Shown: positions 1-9,452 of the stretch, in pieces
Layout of the letters: each line of letters opens with the position of its first letter
Numbering within the stretch: position 1 is the first letter of the stretch
NCBI GenBank assembly: GCA_963825055.1
Contig: CAWGSK010000011.1
Location: forward strand, 121,479 to 185,478
Reading direction: 5' to 3'
Length of the DNA: 64,000 bases
Origin: an uncultured Gemmatimonadales bacterium
Lineage (GTDB): Bacteria; Gemmatimonadota; Gemmatimonadetes; Gemmatimonadales; GWC2-71-9
The notes under the pieces: model-generated
Seen by the model: the letters and a program-made list of their open reading frames with translations, nothing else
Told to the model about the DNA's origin: nothing
Databases searched by the model: none
Program-made: the position numbers and the translations under genes

Positions 1-691
1 CCCGCAGCGCGGGGATGACCTCGCTCCAGTAATCCCACGGCACCCCCCGCGTCACGTCCACCCGGAAGCCGTCCACGTCGAACTCCACGAGCCAGCGCCG
101 CATGGCATGGGTCATGGCCTGCCGGAGCGCGGGATTGTCGTAGTCGAGCTCGGCGACGTCGGTCCAGTCGGTCGGGTTGTTGTTCTCGTCCCGCGCGGGA
201 ATGAGGCCACCCTCGGCATTGCGGACGAAATAGTCAGGATGCTCGCTGACCCAGACAGCATCCCAGGCGGTGTGGTTCGGCACCCAGTCGAGAATCACCT
301 TCATACCGCGGGCATGCACGGCGTCCACCAGCGCGCGGAAGTCGTCTTCGGTCCCGAAGTCGGGATTGATCGCCGAATAGTCACGCACAGCGTAGGGCGA
401 ACCGAGCGTCCCCTTGCGGTGCTCCACGCCGATGGGGAAGATCGGCATGAGCCAGAGCGTGTTGGCGCCCGTCGCCGAGATCCGGTCCAGCCCGTTCGTC
501 ACACCGCGAAAGTCGCCCCCGGCGGAGAAATCGCGCACGAAGACTTCGTAGATCGCGCTCCGCGCGACCCAGCCCGTGTCGGAGGCCGTGCCAGTGGCGC
601 TCGTGGCGGCCGGGGAGCGGTGCGGGGGAGAGGCGTTGCAACCCACGGCCAGCAGGAGGACGAGGGAACTGAGGGCGTGACGGGATCGCAT
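1..691 (-). CDS. GH13 alpha-amylase-family lipoprotein (3' end runs off the window)
   Basis: Hand translation from ATG at 691 (GGAG upstream): MRSRHALSSLVLLLAVGC (lipobox), IYEVFVRDF, LWLMPIFP, GSPYAVRDY, MKVILDWVPNH, DVDGFRVD. These are GH13 conserved regions. Absent from the ORF track because it is truncated. Confidence 0.9.
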   Translation of the reverse strand, partial: MRSRHALSSLVLLLAVGCNASPPHRSPAATSATGTASDTGWVARSAIYEVFVRDFSAGGDFRGVTNGLDRISATGANTLWLMPIFPIGVEHRKGTLGSPYAVRDYSAINPDFGTEDDFRALVDAVHARGMKVILDWVPNHTAWDAVWVSEHPDYFVRNAEGGLIPARDENNNPTDWTDVAELDYDNPALRQAMTHAMRRWLVEFDVDGFRVDVTRGVPWDYWSEVIPALR

Positions 692-727
692 GAAACAGTT
701 CTCCCTGCGTGTTGTGGACGGAAAACT

Positions 728-2341
728 TTACGGACGGCTGCCCAGGTCGATCGCGAATGCGGTGCGGGGGGCCAGCTGTAGGTTGATCGCGCCGGAGGCA
801 TCCACGGTTCCCGCGGTCCCGAGGCAGATCCCGGTGCCGGCACCGCCGGTCAGGCGGTCACAATAGGAACCCGGCGTCAAGCCCGTGGGGATGGTGGCCG
901 TGATGACAGTGTCCTCCATATTGATGGCCACGAACCCACGGTCCCCCCGCGAAAAGGCGATGGCATTTCGCCCGTCATCCCACCAGAGACTGACGGCAGT
1001 GCCGGCGACCACCCGCCGGAAAGCCACCATGGACCGGAGGGCCGGGTCGCGATGCTCGCAGACCCACTGCCCGGGGGTCGCACTCTCGAGGCTCGCGGCG
1101 CAGGTGACGTTGTTCGTGTTCCCGAGGCCGTCGGAGGGCGGCCCGACTGCGTTGCCCGCGGGACAGGTGAACGCGTAGCTCGATAGGATGGACGGATAGC
1201 CGTAGGGCTGGGCCAGCATCCACACGTTCGCCAGCCGGAACACATCCCCATCGTGGTAGCCCAGGCCGCAGTTGTGCTGTGTGTCATGATTCTGGAGGAA
1301 GACGACAGCCTTGTCCGCGGGCATCAGCCCCCAGGCGGCGGGCGAGAAGCGGCTGCCGGGAGGACCGTTGGGGTTGAGCTGGGCGATGTACTGCCCGCCC
1401 GTCCCGAGAAACTTGTCGGCGACGCCGGAGAAGGTGAACTCGGTGATGTCCGCCGCCGCCCCGGAGCGATAGCCGGCCCCGTAGTAGTCCGACGGCCCGA
1501 CGGCCTCCCCCGCTCCCCCACTCACCTCGAGATAATAGTACGGGATCGCGTGCCCCTCCGCGGTCATCGTGGAATCGACCGTGGCCAGGATTTCGTCCAG
1601 TTCCGCCTGCTGGATGTGCTTCGCGGCGTCGATCCGGAAGCCTGCCACGCCGAGCCGGGCCAGTCCGCTCAGGTAGGCGGCAATCTTCGCCCGGACAGAG
1701 GGCGATCCGGTGTCGAGGTCGGGGAGGGAGAACAGTTCGCACTCCTGCACCGTCGCGGCGTCCTGGTAGTTGTCCAGGGCACAGGGCGGGTGGAAGTCGC
1801 CGGGACTGTAGAGGCCCGGGTAGGAGTACTTCGAATACGCCGTGCCATTGCTGCCCGTGCCCGGACTCGGGAAGTTGGTCATGTGGTTGATGACCGCATC
1901 CACGTAGATCCCGACCCCCACCGCCCGGCAGCGCTGCACCATGTTTGCAAATTCCGTCCCGGTGCCGGAGCGGCTCCGGGCGAGACTGTAGCTCACCGGC
2001 TGGTAGCGCTCGCTCCAGGGGTAGTTGGGCGGCTCGAGGCTGTGCTCCTGGGGCGGGGAGACCTGCACGGCCGCAACGCCGGCCGGACCGAGGACCTGCT
2101 CGCACTCGGTCGCGATATCGGGCCACTTCCATTCGAAGAGATGCACGAACACGTCCCCGGCCGCGGCATGCCCGCTGGGCCGGTAGGTGGCCGGCAGGGT
2201 CGGCCGTCCGGAAGGAGGCTGGCCCGTAGACGGTGGCCCCCCCGGGTCCCCGCAGGCCAGAAAGGCAGCCGCGAGCAGGGCCCCGGAAAGGCCACAGCCC
2301 CGCCGCCACGAGGGCGGCGGGGCTGCGGGAAGAAGGTTCAT
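728..2341 (-). CDS. Alpha-amylase (GH13, Streptomyces/animal-like type), probable lipoprotein
   Basis: VFVHLFEW, VQVSPPQE, WSERYQPVSY, DAVINH, GFRIDAAKH, YLEV, FLQNHD, C-terminal IAFSRG domain. Lipobox-like AFLAC. Start taken at MNLLP (2341). Confidence 0.9.
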   Translation of the reverse strand: MNLLPAAPPPSWRRGCGLSGALLAAAFLACGDPGGPPSTGQPPSGRPTLPATYRPSGHAAAGDVFVHLFEWKWPDIATECEQVLGPAGVAAVQVSPPQEHSLEPPNYPWSERYQPVSYSLARSRSGTGTEFANMVQRCRAVGVGIYVDAVINHMTNFPSPGTGSNGTAYSKYSYPGLYSPGDFHPPCALDNYQDAATVQECELFSLPDLDTGSPSVRAKIAAYLSGLARLGVAGFRIDAAKHIQQAELDEILATVDSTMTAEGHAIPYYYLEVSGGAGEAVGPSDYYGAGYRSGAAADITEFTFSGVADKFLGTGGQYIAQLNPNGPPGSRFSPAAWGLMPADKAVVFLQNHDTQHNCGLGYHDGDVFRLANVWMLAQPYGYPSILSSYAFTCPAGNAVGPPSDGLGNTNNVTCAASLESATPGQWVCEHRDPALRSMVAFRRVVAGTAVSLWWDDGRNAIAFSRGDRGFVAINMEDTVITATIPTGLTPGSYCDRLTGGAGTGICLGTAGTVDASGAINLQLAPRTAFAIDLGSRP

Positions 2342-2358
2342 ATTCTTGCGTCGCGGGC

Positions 2359-3930
2359 TCAGTAGCCCGGGTTCTGGACCAGGTTCGGATTGGCCGACAG
2401 CTCCGTGACCGGAATCGGGTAGAGCTCGAGATGCGGGTCCGTCGACTGCCCGGCCGCCGTCCCGCCCTTCCAGGCCCACAGGTAGCTGCTGCCGCTGAAC
2501 TGCCCGAAGCGGATCAGGTCGCTCCGGCGCTGAGCCTCCCAGAGCAGTTCCCGCCCCCGCTCATCCAGGACGAACTGCAGGGTCAGCTCGGGCGCGGTGA
2601 TGTCGCCGCTGTTGTCCCCGTACGCCCGCTGACGAAGCGCGTTCACATAGCCGAGGGCCGTGGTGCCGCTCCCGCCACCACCGCGGAGGAACGCCTCGGC
2701 ATAGATCAGGTAAGCATCGGCCAGGCGGAACATCGGGAAGTCCGTGTCCGCGAACGAAATATTGGAGCCAACGCCACCCGTGGACGTCACGTTCTGGTAC
2801 TTCGGTGCCGCGATACCCTCGGCAAAGTTGGAGAGCGAGGTGATCGCGACCGTCTGGTTGGTGGTGAAGAAGTACGACTGGCGCGTGTCACCGGCGGCAT
2901 AGAGGTTGTACGCCTCGGGCCGCAGCCGGATACCCCACCAGCAGCCGTCAATGCCGTAGACGGCCGGGTCCATGGTATTGCCGCAGGAGGCATGAGTCAG
3001 GAAGGTCGTGCCCCCATAGCTCTGCGCGTGCTGGCCGTCCTGGATGATCGGGAAGATGATCTCCGGGGAGGTGTTGTTGTCGGCCAGAAAGATGTCCTGG
3101 TAGTTGTCATCGAGTGTGAATGGACCCGCGATGGCCGCCTGGGCCGCCGTCAGGGCCTCCGCATAGTGCGGCGTCCCGGTGTAGACCTCGGCGTTCAGGT
3201 ACACGTGGGCCAGGAGCATGGAGGCCGCGGCGTCAGTCGCCCGGCCGTACGTTCCCGCTCCGGCAACCGGCAGCTGGCTCTGGATGCTGGTGAGTTCGCT
3301 GACGACGAAGTCGTAAATTTCCGACCGCGTGGCCTGCTCCGGCGGGGTCGACCCCAGCGGGAAGTTCTCGTCCACCAGAGGGATATTCCCGATCAGGTCG
3401 AGCCCGTGCCAGTAGGCCAGGGCGCGGAGGAAGCGGGCCTCGGCGCGGAAGGTGCCGATGTCGGTCCGCAGCTTCCCGCTGACGCCCCGCTCATCGAGCT
3501 TGGCGTCGGTGGTCTGGCGAAGGAACTCGTTCGCCAGGGCCACCTCGAAGTAGATCCGGGAATACATGCCCGAAACAAACGGGTTCGAGGAGCCCCAGAC
3601 CATGGTGTTCAACTCGGGCAGGCCCTGGTCGCCCCAGGCGATCACGGCCTCGTCGGTCGGGAGCTCCTGGAGTTCCCAGTACAGTCGCATGTACTGGGAG
3701 AAGCCCTCGTCGGTGATGCTCTGGATGTCACCATCACCGGCCGGGCCCTGCTGGCCGCTCACGGCGAATCCGGCGTAGATCTTGGCCAGGAAGGCCCGGT
3801 AGGACCCCTGGTCTGTGAAAATATTGGTCTCCGTCACGGTGCTGGTCGGAGCCACCGTCGGGTCGGTACAGGCGGCCAGGCCCAGCAGCAGGGCGGCGCC
3901 GGTGGCGACCATGTGGATACGGCGGTTCAT
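2359..3930 (-). CDS. susD: RagB/SusD-family glycan-binding outer-membrane lipoprotein
   Basis: Lipobox LAAC, ELPTDEA, AEARFLRALAYW, FPMFRLADAYLIYAE, ERGRELLWE, LVQNPGY C-terminus. Directly downstream of the SusC-like gene. Confidence 0.92.
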   Translation of the reverse strand: MNRRIHMVATGAALLLGLAACTDPTVAPTSTVTETNIFTDQGSYRAFLAKIYAGFAVSGQQGPAGDGDIQSITDEGFSQYMRLYWELQELPTDEAVIAWGDQGLPELNTMVWGSSNPFVSGMYSRIYFEVALANEFLRQTTDAKLDERGVSGKLRTDIGTFRAEARFLRALAYWHGLDLIGNIPLVDENFPLGSTPPEQATRSEIYDFVVSELTSIQSQLPVAGAGTYGRATDAAASMLLAHVYLNAEVYTGTPHYAEALTAAQAAIAGPFTLDDNYQDIFLADNNTSPEIIFPIIQDGQHAQSYGGTTFLTHASCGNTMDPAVYGIDGCWWGIRLRPEAYNLYAAGDTRQSYFFTTNQTVAITSLSNFAEGIAAPKYQNVTSTGGVGSNISFADTDFPMFRLADAYLIYAEAFLRGGGGSGTTALGYVNALRQRAYGDNSGDITAPELTLQFVLDERGRELLWEAQRRSDLIRFGQFSGSSYLWAWKGGTAAGQSTDPHLELYPIPVTELSANPNLVQNPGY

Positions 3931-3974
3931 GTTCCTGTCCTTTCTCGAATGCTCGAGAGCCATGGGGGCGTTGC

Positions 3975-6900
3975 CTAGAACCGGAGGGTCAGCCCACCCG
4001 TGAAGGTGCGCGACCGCGGATAGATGTTGTTGTCGATCCCGTTGAGGCCGGACGTCGGGTCGACGCCGCTGTATCCGGTGATCGTTAACGCGTTCTGGAT
4101 GGTCCCGAACACGCGCGCCGGGATCCCGCTGTAGTTGAACGAGTACCCGAGCGTGATGTTGTCCATCCGGAGGAAGGACGCATCCTCCACGTAGACGTCC
4201 GAGAAGTACTGGGGGGTCACAAACCCGGTCTCGAGCACCGAGGCGTGCAGGTTGTACGGCGATCCCCGGGTGACCTCGGAATAGGTCCCGAGGTTGGACG
4301 CCACGTTGTTGTAGACGTAGTTCCCGAAGTAGGCCCGGAGCGTGAACCCGAGATCCCACTTGTTGTACGTAAGGTAGGAGGAGTGGCCGAACTGCCACTT
4401 CGGCGCCGGATCGTGGAACGGCCGGAGGTCGTTCTGGTTGATGATGCCGTCCGCGTTCTGGTCCTTGTACAGGTCCTGCTCGTTGATGGTCCCGTCGTTG
4501 TTCACGTCAGCGTAGATGGGGTTGCCGCTCGCATCGCGGATGTGCTCATATACGTAGAACGAGTTGACCGGCACGCCGGGAGTGAGCACCTGGATGGTGG
4601 AACCCACGCCGCCCGCGATGCCGCCCGTCAGGATCTGCTGGGCCCCACTCCCGAACGGGTTGATGGTGGTGAGTTCGTTGGAGTTGTGGGCCGCGGTGAA
4701 GTCAGCCGTCCAGCCCAGCCGCCCGCCCGTGCCCTCCATCACGCGAGCGCTCAGGCTGAACTCGACCCCGCGATTCCGCATGCTCCCGATGTTGGTCGTG
4801 ACGAAGTCGCCGAGGTTCGTACCGGCGGCCACGGGAACCCGGAAAATCATGTCCGAGGTCTTCTTGTCATAGACGTCGATCGCGCCGGTGAAGCGCTGGT
4901 CCTTGAACCCGAAGTCGATGCCCAGGTTCCAGGACCGGGTGGCCTCCCACTTGATGTTCGGGTCCACCGCGCTGGGGCGGATCGTCGTGAAGAAGGAATC
5001 GGCAAACGCATACTGCGCCTGCGAGTTGCCCACCGTGTAGGTCGAGTACTGCAGGTAGTTGCCGAAGGACTGGTTGCCCGTCCGCGCCCAGGAAGCGCGA
5101 AGCTTCAGGTCCGAGACCGAGGTGTACTTCTGCATGAATGGCTCGGACGACACCCGCCACGCCACGGCAACGGACGGGAAGGTGCCCCACTGCCGGCCTT
5201 CGCCGAAGCGGGATGACCCGTCACGCCGGAGGCTGACATTGGCCAGGTACCGGTCATTGATGTCGTAGTTCACCCGCCCGAAGAACGAGATCAACTTGCT
5301 GTCCTGCACGTTGAGGGCGTTCTGGACCGTGCGGGCTGTCGGGATCCCGTCCGTCCCCAGCAGGTCCGTGCTGAGGCCGCTCTCCAGGAACGTGGGATAC
5401 TCGGCGTGGGCCTTGGAGTAGGAATACCCCGCCGTGAGGTCCAGGTTGCCCGGCCCCACCGTCCGCGGCACTGCGTAGGCGAGGTAGCCTTCCAGCACCG
5501 TGTTGAGCGAGGTGGGGTTTGTCCGGAACAGCGTGCCATCGGAACCGTTCTTGATCTGGCTGTGCAGGACACTCGGCGTGAACGTCGTCTGGTCCACCTT
5601 GGTGACGTCGTAACCCAGGCTCAGGTTTGCCGCGAGCCCGTCCACCCAGGGAAGGCGATACTCCGACTGGATGTTGCCGATGCTGCGGAAAGTCGTGCTC
5701 TTGTCCTTCGCGAGCGCCAGGATGGCCACGGGGTTGTCCGCCGACTGGATGCCGCCGGTCCAGTCGAAGTAGCCGGTGGGGGTGGTCGAGTCGTAGATCG
5801 GCTGGGTCGGCCCCATCTGCGCGGCATTGGACAGCACGCCGCCGGGGGTAAACTCGTCGGCCGACCGTGCTCCGCGCAGGTTGACCTTCAGGCTCAGGCG
5901 GTCATCCATCAGGCGCTGGTTGTAGTTCGCGCCCAGGGTCAGGCGCTTGGCCTCGGAGCCCTGAATAACGCCCCTCTGGTCCAGGAAGTTGGCGGAGAAC
6001 CGGTAGTTGCTGCTGCTGCCGGCACCGGAGACGGCCAGGTTCTGTTCCTGGCCGAAGGCCGTCCGGTCCACCGCCCCGAACCAGTCGGTGTTCGCGGCCT
6101 GCAGCTGGCTCGAGTTCGAAGGGGCATACTGGTCCACCGCGGCCTTGAACTGCGCGGCGTTCAGCATGTCGGGGAGCCGGGTGACGGACGACGCGGAGAA
6201 GCTCCCGCTGTATTCCACCCGCGGCGCCTGGTTGGCCTCGCCCTTCTTGGTGGTGATCAGCACGACGCCGTTCGCGGCGTTCGCCCCGTAGATCGCCGCC
6301 GCCGAGGCATCCCGGAGCACCGTGATGCTGGCAACGTCGTCGGCATTGAGGAAGTTGAGCGGGTCACGGCCACCGGACAGTCCACCCCCGGCGCCGGAGC
6401 CGCCGACCGGCATCCCGTCGATCACGATCAGGGGCTCGCTGCTCGCGTTGATGGAGGTCTGCCCGCGGATCCGGATCGACTTGCCGCCGCCCGGCTCGTT
6501 GTTGTCCACCACCTGCACGCCGGCCACCTTGTTCTGGATCAGCTCGGTGGGGGTAATCACCCGGCCGGTGTTGAACTCGTCCGCCGTCACGCTGGTGACG
6601 GCGCCAGTGATGTTGCCGGCCGCCTGCTCACCATAGCCGACCACCACGATCTCGGCCAGGTTGATCGCCCGGCGCGTGAGGGTGAGGTCGAGCTGGAGCG
6701 CCTGGCCGGACGCCACTGTCACCACCTGGGACATCGGCTCGTAGCCGACCATACGCGTATAAAGCGTGTCTGTGCCGGCGGGAACGCCGGGCAGGACATA
6801 GCCCCCGTCCGCCTTGCTGACGGCCACCCGGCCGGCATATGTGATCGTGGCACCCTGCACAGCCCGCTGCGAGGTGCCGTCCATGACCCGGCCGGAAATG

Positions 6901-6980
6901 CTGGTCGTTTCCTGCGCCTGAGCCGAAGTGATCCAGCATGTCACGAGGATCAACCCGACAAGAATGCGTAGCCGCCTCAT
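3975..6980 (-). CDS. susC: SusC/RagA-family TonB-dependent receptor
   Basis: Signal peptide MRRLRILVGL, N-terminal carboxypeptidase-regulatory-like domain, plug signature LRDASAAAIYGANAANGVVLITTKKG, RRDGSSRFG, YVEDASFLR, YPRSRTF and terminal Phe. Confidence 0.93.
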   Translation of the reverse strand: MRRLRILVGLILVTCWITSAQAQETTSISGRVMDGTSQRAVQGATITYAGRVAVSKADGGYVLPGVPAGTDTLYTRMVGYEPMSQVVTVASGQALQLDLTLTRRAINLAEIVVVGYGEQAAGNITGAVTSVTADEFNTGRVITPTELIQNKVAGVQVVDNNEPGGGKSIRIRGQTSINASSEPLIVIDGMPVGGSGAGGGLSGGRDPLNFLNADDVASITVLRDASAAAIYGANAANGVVLITTKKGEANQAPRVEYSGSFSASSVTRLPDMLNAAQFKAAVDQYAPSNSSQLQAANTDWFGAVDRTAFGQEQNLAVSGAGSSSNYRFSANFLDQRGVIQGSEAKRLTLGANYNQRLMDDRLSLKVNLRGARSADEFTPGGVLSNAAQMGPTQPIYDSTTPTGYFDWTGGIQSADNPVAILALAKDKSTTFRSIGNIQSEYRLPWVDGLAANLSLGYDVTKVDQTTFTPSVLHSQIKNGSDGTLFRTNPTSLNTVLEGYLAYAVPRTVGPGNLDLTAGYSYSKAHAEYPTFLESGLSTDLLGTDGIPTARTVQNALNVQDSKLISFFGRVNYDINDRYLANVSLRRDGSSRFGEGRQWGTFPSVAVAWRVSSEPFMQKYTSVSDLKLRASWARTGNQSFGNYLQYSTYTVGNSQAQYAFADSFFTTIRPSAVDPNIKWEATRSWNLGIDFGFKDQRFTGAIDVYDKKTSDMIFRVPVAAGTNLGDFVTTNIGSMRNRGVEFSLSARVMEGTGGRLGWTADFTAAHNSNELTTINPFGSGAQQILTGGIAGGVGSTIQVLTPGVPVNSFYVYEHIRDASGNPIYADVNNDGTINEQDLYKDQNADGIINQNDLRPFHDPAPKWQFGHSSYLTYNKWDLGFTLRAYFGNYVYNNVASNLGTYSEVTRGSPYNLHASVLETGFVTPQYFSDVYVEDASFLRMDNITLGYSFNYSGIPARVFGTIQNALTITGYSGVDPTSGLNGIDNNIYPRSRTFTGGLTLRF

Positions 6981-7663
6981 ATCCTTCGTCCTTTCAAACT
7001 GGGCTACAACAAAGGCCTCGATCATGGGAGATCGAGGCCTGGGGAACCAGGGATGGCACCGTAACCGACATGCGACACATCCGCCCTGCCGGCAGACCGG
7101 CAACGCGATGGGGGCCCCATGCGTACTGCCCCGAACGGAACATTGAATCCTGCATGGGCAACCGTGGAGAAAGGACGGCCAGCTACGGATGTACCGGGGC
7201 ACACGAGGACGAACACGCCCCCTCGAGCCTCGGCGGTGGCGACTGTCTGGGATCGCGGGACGCCCGGCACCTCCGCCTCCTGGGTGACGCCCGTATGACA
7301 ACATTCTTGCGCCCGGTACCGGACCCGTCAAGACCCTGTCCCAAGCGTTGTACGGGGGAAGGGAAACCCTGATGCGGCTACGCCACAGTGGAATGAACGG
7401 ACGGCGCCCCTGGCGGGAAGCGGCCAGTCGCCCGCCCGCTAGCAAGGGGTGACGGGCGGGCCGCCCGCCCTCGGCCAAACTGCCCTTCATGGGCCACCCC
7501 CGGCGTTACCCCCCGGGACCGGCGGAGCCGGCACCGGGGGGGCTCAACCCTGAAGCGGTTGACTGAGACGGCCCCACCCGGCGAATTGTACGGCATCCAT
7601 CGTCGGACAGGTTGAGATTGGTGAACGCGTTGGAGCACTTCTCCGCCGGGGCCGGTTCCAGAC

Positions 7664-7990
7664 ATGACCGTAACTCGCCAGCGTGACCTGCCGTACTCCG
7701 GCAGTTCCCATCAGTTCGTCGGCGCCGACAGCGGCGATACCGGATCATCTCGCGCCTTTCTCCTCGAGGCGACTCCCCGGTCGCGGCGACCCGGCCGACG
7801 CACCACCATCCCACGACGAGGTACAGTTCATCAGGGAGCCTGCCCCGGGATACGCTCCCGAGTTCGTGGTGCGACGGTCGAGGCGTCGTCACCACGAGGA
7901 ATCCAGGCGCACGGATGACATCCTGACGTCATCAAGGCCGGGAATTCCCCCGCTTTATCGCATGGGATCGACGGAGATGCGAGGCAGGCG
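7664..7990 (+). pseudogene. Degraded cupin-domain gene
   Basis: Pieces in different frames: MTVTRQRDLPYSGSSHQFVGADSGD, then HDEVQFIRE, then DDIL..VIKAG. Together these match the two cupin motifs. The 3' end is approximate. Confidence 0.55.
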
Positions 7991-9231
7991 CCGGTCACGC
8001 GGCGGGTGCTTCTTCCCGGCGAGCCTGCGGGAGCCGCGTCGCACCACGGCCCCCGCCACCAGGACAAGCAGCAGGGGCTGGAAGGCTCGCTCGGCGCGCT
8101 CCGCGTGCGGCAGCGCATGCAGCTGGGTCGCATAGATCAGGATCGCATGATGGGGAGCAGCCGGCGCCGCTCCCTCCAGGGACGGATCACCGCGACCAAG
8201 GCCAGGATCGGGAGCGCGCGCGCCAGCATGACCTGCACGCCGCCCGGGGCCCGACAGCCGGCCTGTCGCAGCGCCCCGAGCGAAAAGCCGTTCATTGCTC
8301 CAATCTGCGTTGGGATCGACGACCCAGAAAGTGACCACCTTCTCGGCGGCGTACCGAAGATTGGTGAACGGTTCACTCCGAATCGACCGGATCGCGCGGG
8401 CGGTCCACCAGCGGTCTCCCTCGACGGTGGTCGGGTTGTGCTCGCGCCAGCCGGGACCGTAGATCACCTCGCCCCATACCGCCGGTACGTGTAGCCCTGG
8501 TCGCGCAACAGGTGGTAATACTCCGGGCTCCCCTGCCAGAGGAAGGCGTTGCTGGTGGCCAGGGGGAACCACGCATCGTACCGAATGCGGTTGCGGACAA
8601 GCCAGGGACTCACGATCAGCAGGGTCGCCGCCAGGATCGGGCCATGCTCGCCGGGCTCCGTGAGGCCGAGGGCAAGCGGTGCTGGAGCACGAGGAAAGGG
8701 GGAGGAACGGGATCTTCGGCGTATGTAGTGCTGATCCTGACAGAGCCCACCCACAGGAAGCGGCCTCTCGTCGGCTCGCAGGCATGCGGAGCGAGCGCAC
8801 GATGAGGACCAGCGGGGTAAACAGGATTTCGCTCAGGAGGTGGAGTGACTGGTGGATGAGGACGTAGCTGAACGCCGCCACCAGGGCGGCCGTCAGGCCG
8901 GCGATGTGCCGAACACCCGGCGACCGAGATGCCAGGTCACACCACTGACCGGCGCCGGGGACGGCCTGGACGTAGCGGAGGGCATGATAGGACGTGCCGG
9001 TCAGCCAGTGGACCGCGGCTACCCACAGGGGGTAGAGCGGCACCCGGCCCACCCAGGTGTAGCCCTGTCCGGCCAGCAATTCCGGCGCGGTGGTGTTGCA
9101 ACCGGGCGCCCCGATGAGCCACGCCGTATTGTCCGGCTGGCGCTGATTGAACCACCAGGCCGCGAAGAGGCGGATCAGCAGCGCCAGCACGACCAGAACC
9201 CCGGCCACCCTGCGGCAGGCGACCGGGTCAT
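7955..9231 (-). pseudogene. Frameshifted GT39/ArnT-like membrane glycosyltransferase
   Basis: RVPLYPLW and LLSEILF in one ORF, LIVSPWLVRN...FLWQGSPEYY in another (8464-8754), MLARALPILALV in a third (8137-8376). At least four frame switches. Confidence 0.7.
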
Positions 9232-9452
9232 GCCGACCTGCTTCACCATGGCCCGGAGATTCACGCAGATCGCCTGCCGGCTGGGATGCGGGAGACTAGC
9301 TGTCGGCCGCGGCCTCGGCAAGCAGGCGGGGCGTCCGTCCGGCTCCTTGCGCCGCCGCCAGGCAGGCATGCCTTGTCACCTGGACCTGATCGTGCCGAGA
9401 TTGCGACCTTGAAGTCCTGCCTTCCTCCGATCCCATCCATGGGGAGAGGACG

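Noticed and set aside
2233..6971. Long plus-strand ORFs (2233-3978, 4245-5216, 5406-6971) and many similar antisense ORFs across the window
   Set aside because: Shadow frames of real high-GC genes on the opposite strand; no recognisable motifs.
6981..7490. N-terminal extension of the 1171-aa susC ORF
   Set aside because: The signal peptide and AAGGA RBS place the start at 6980; the extension is Arg/Pro-rich noise.
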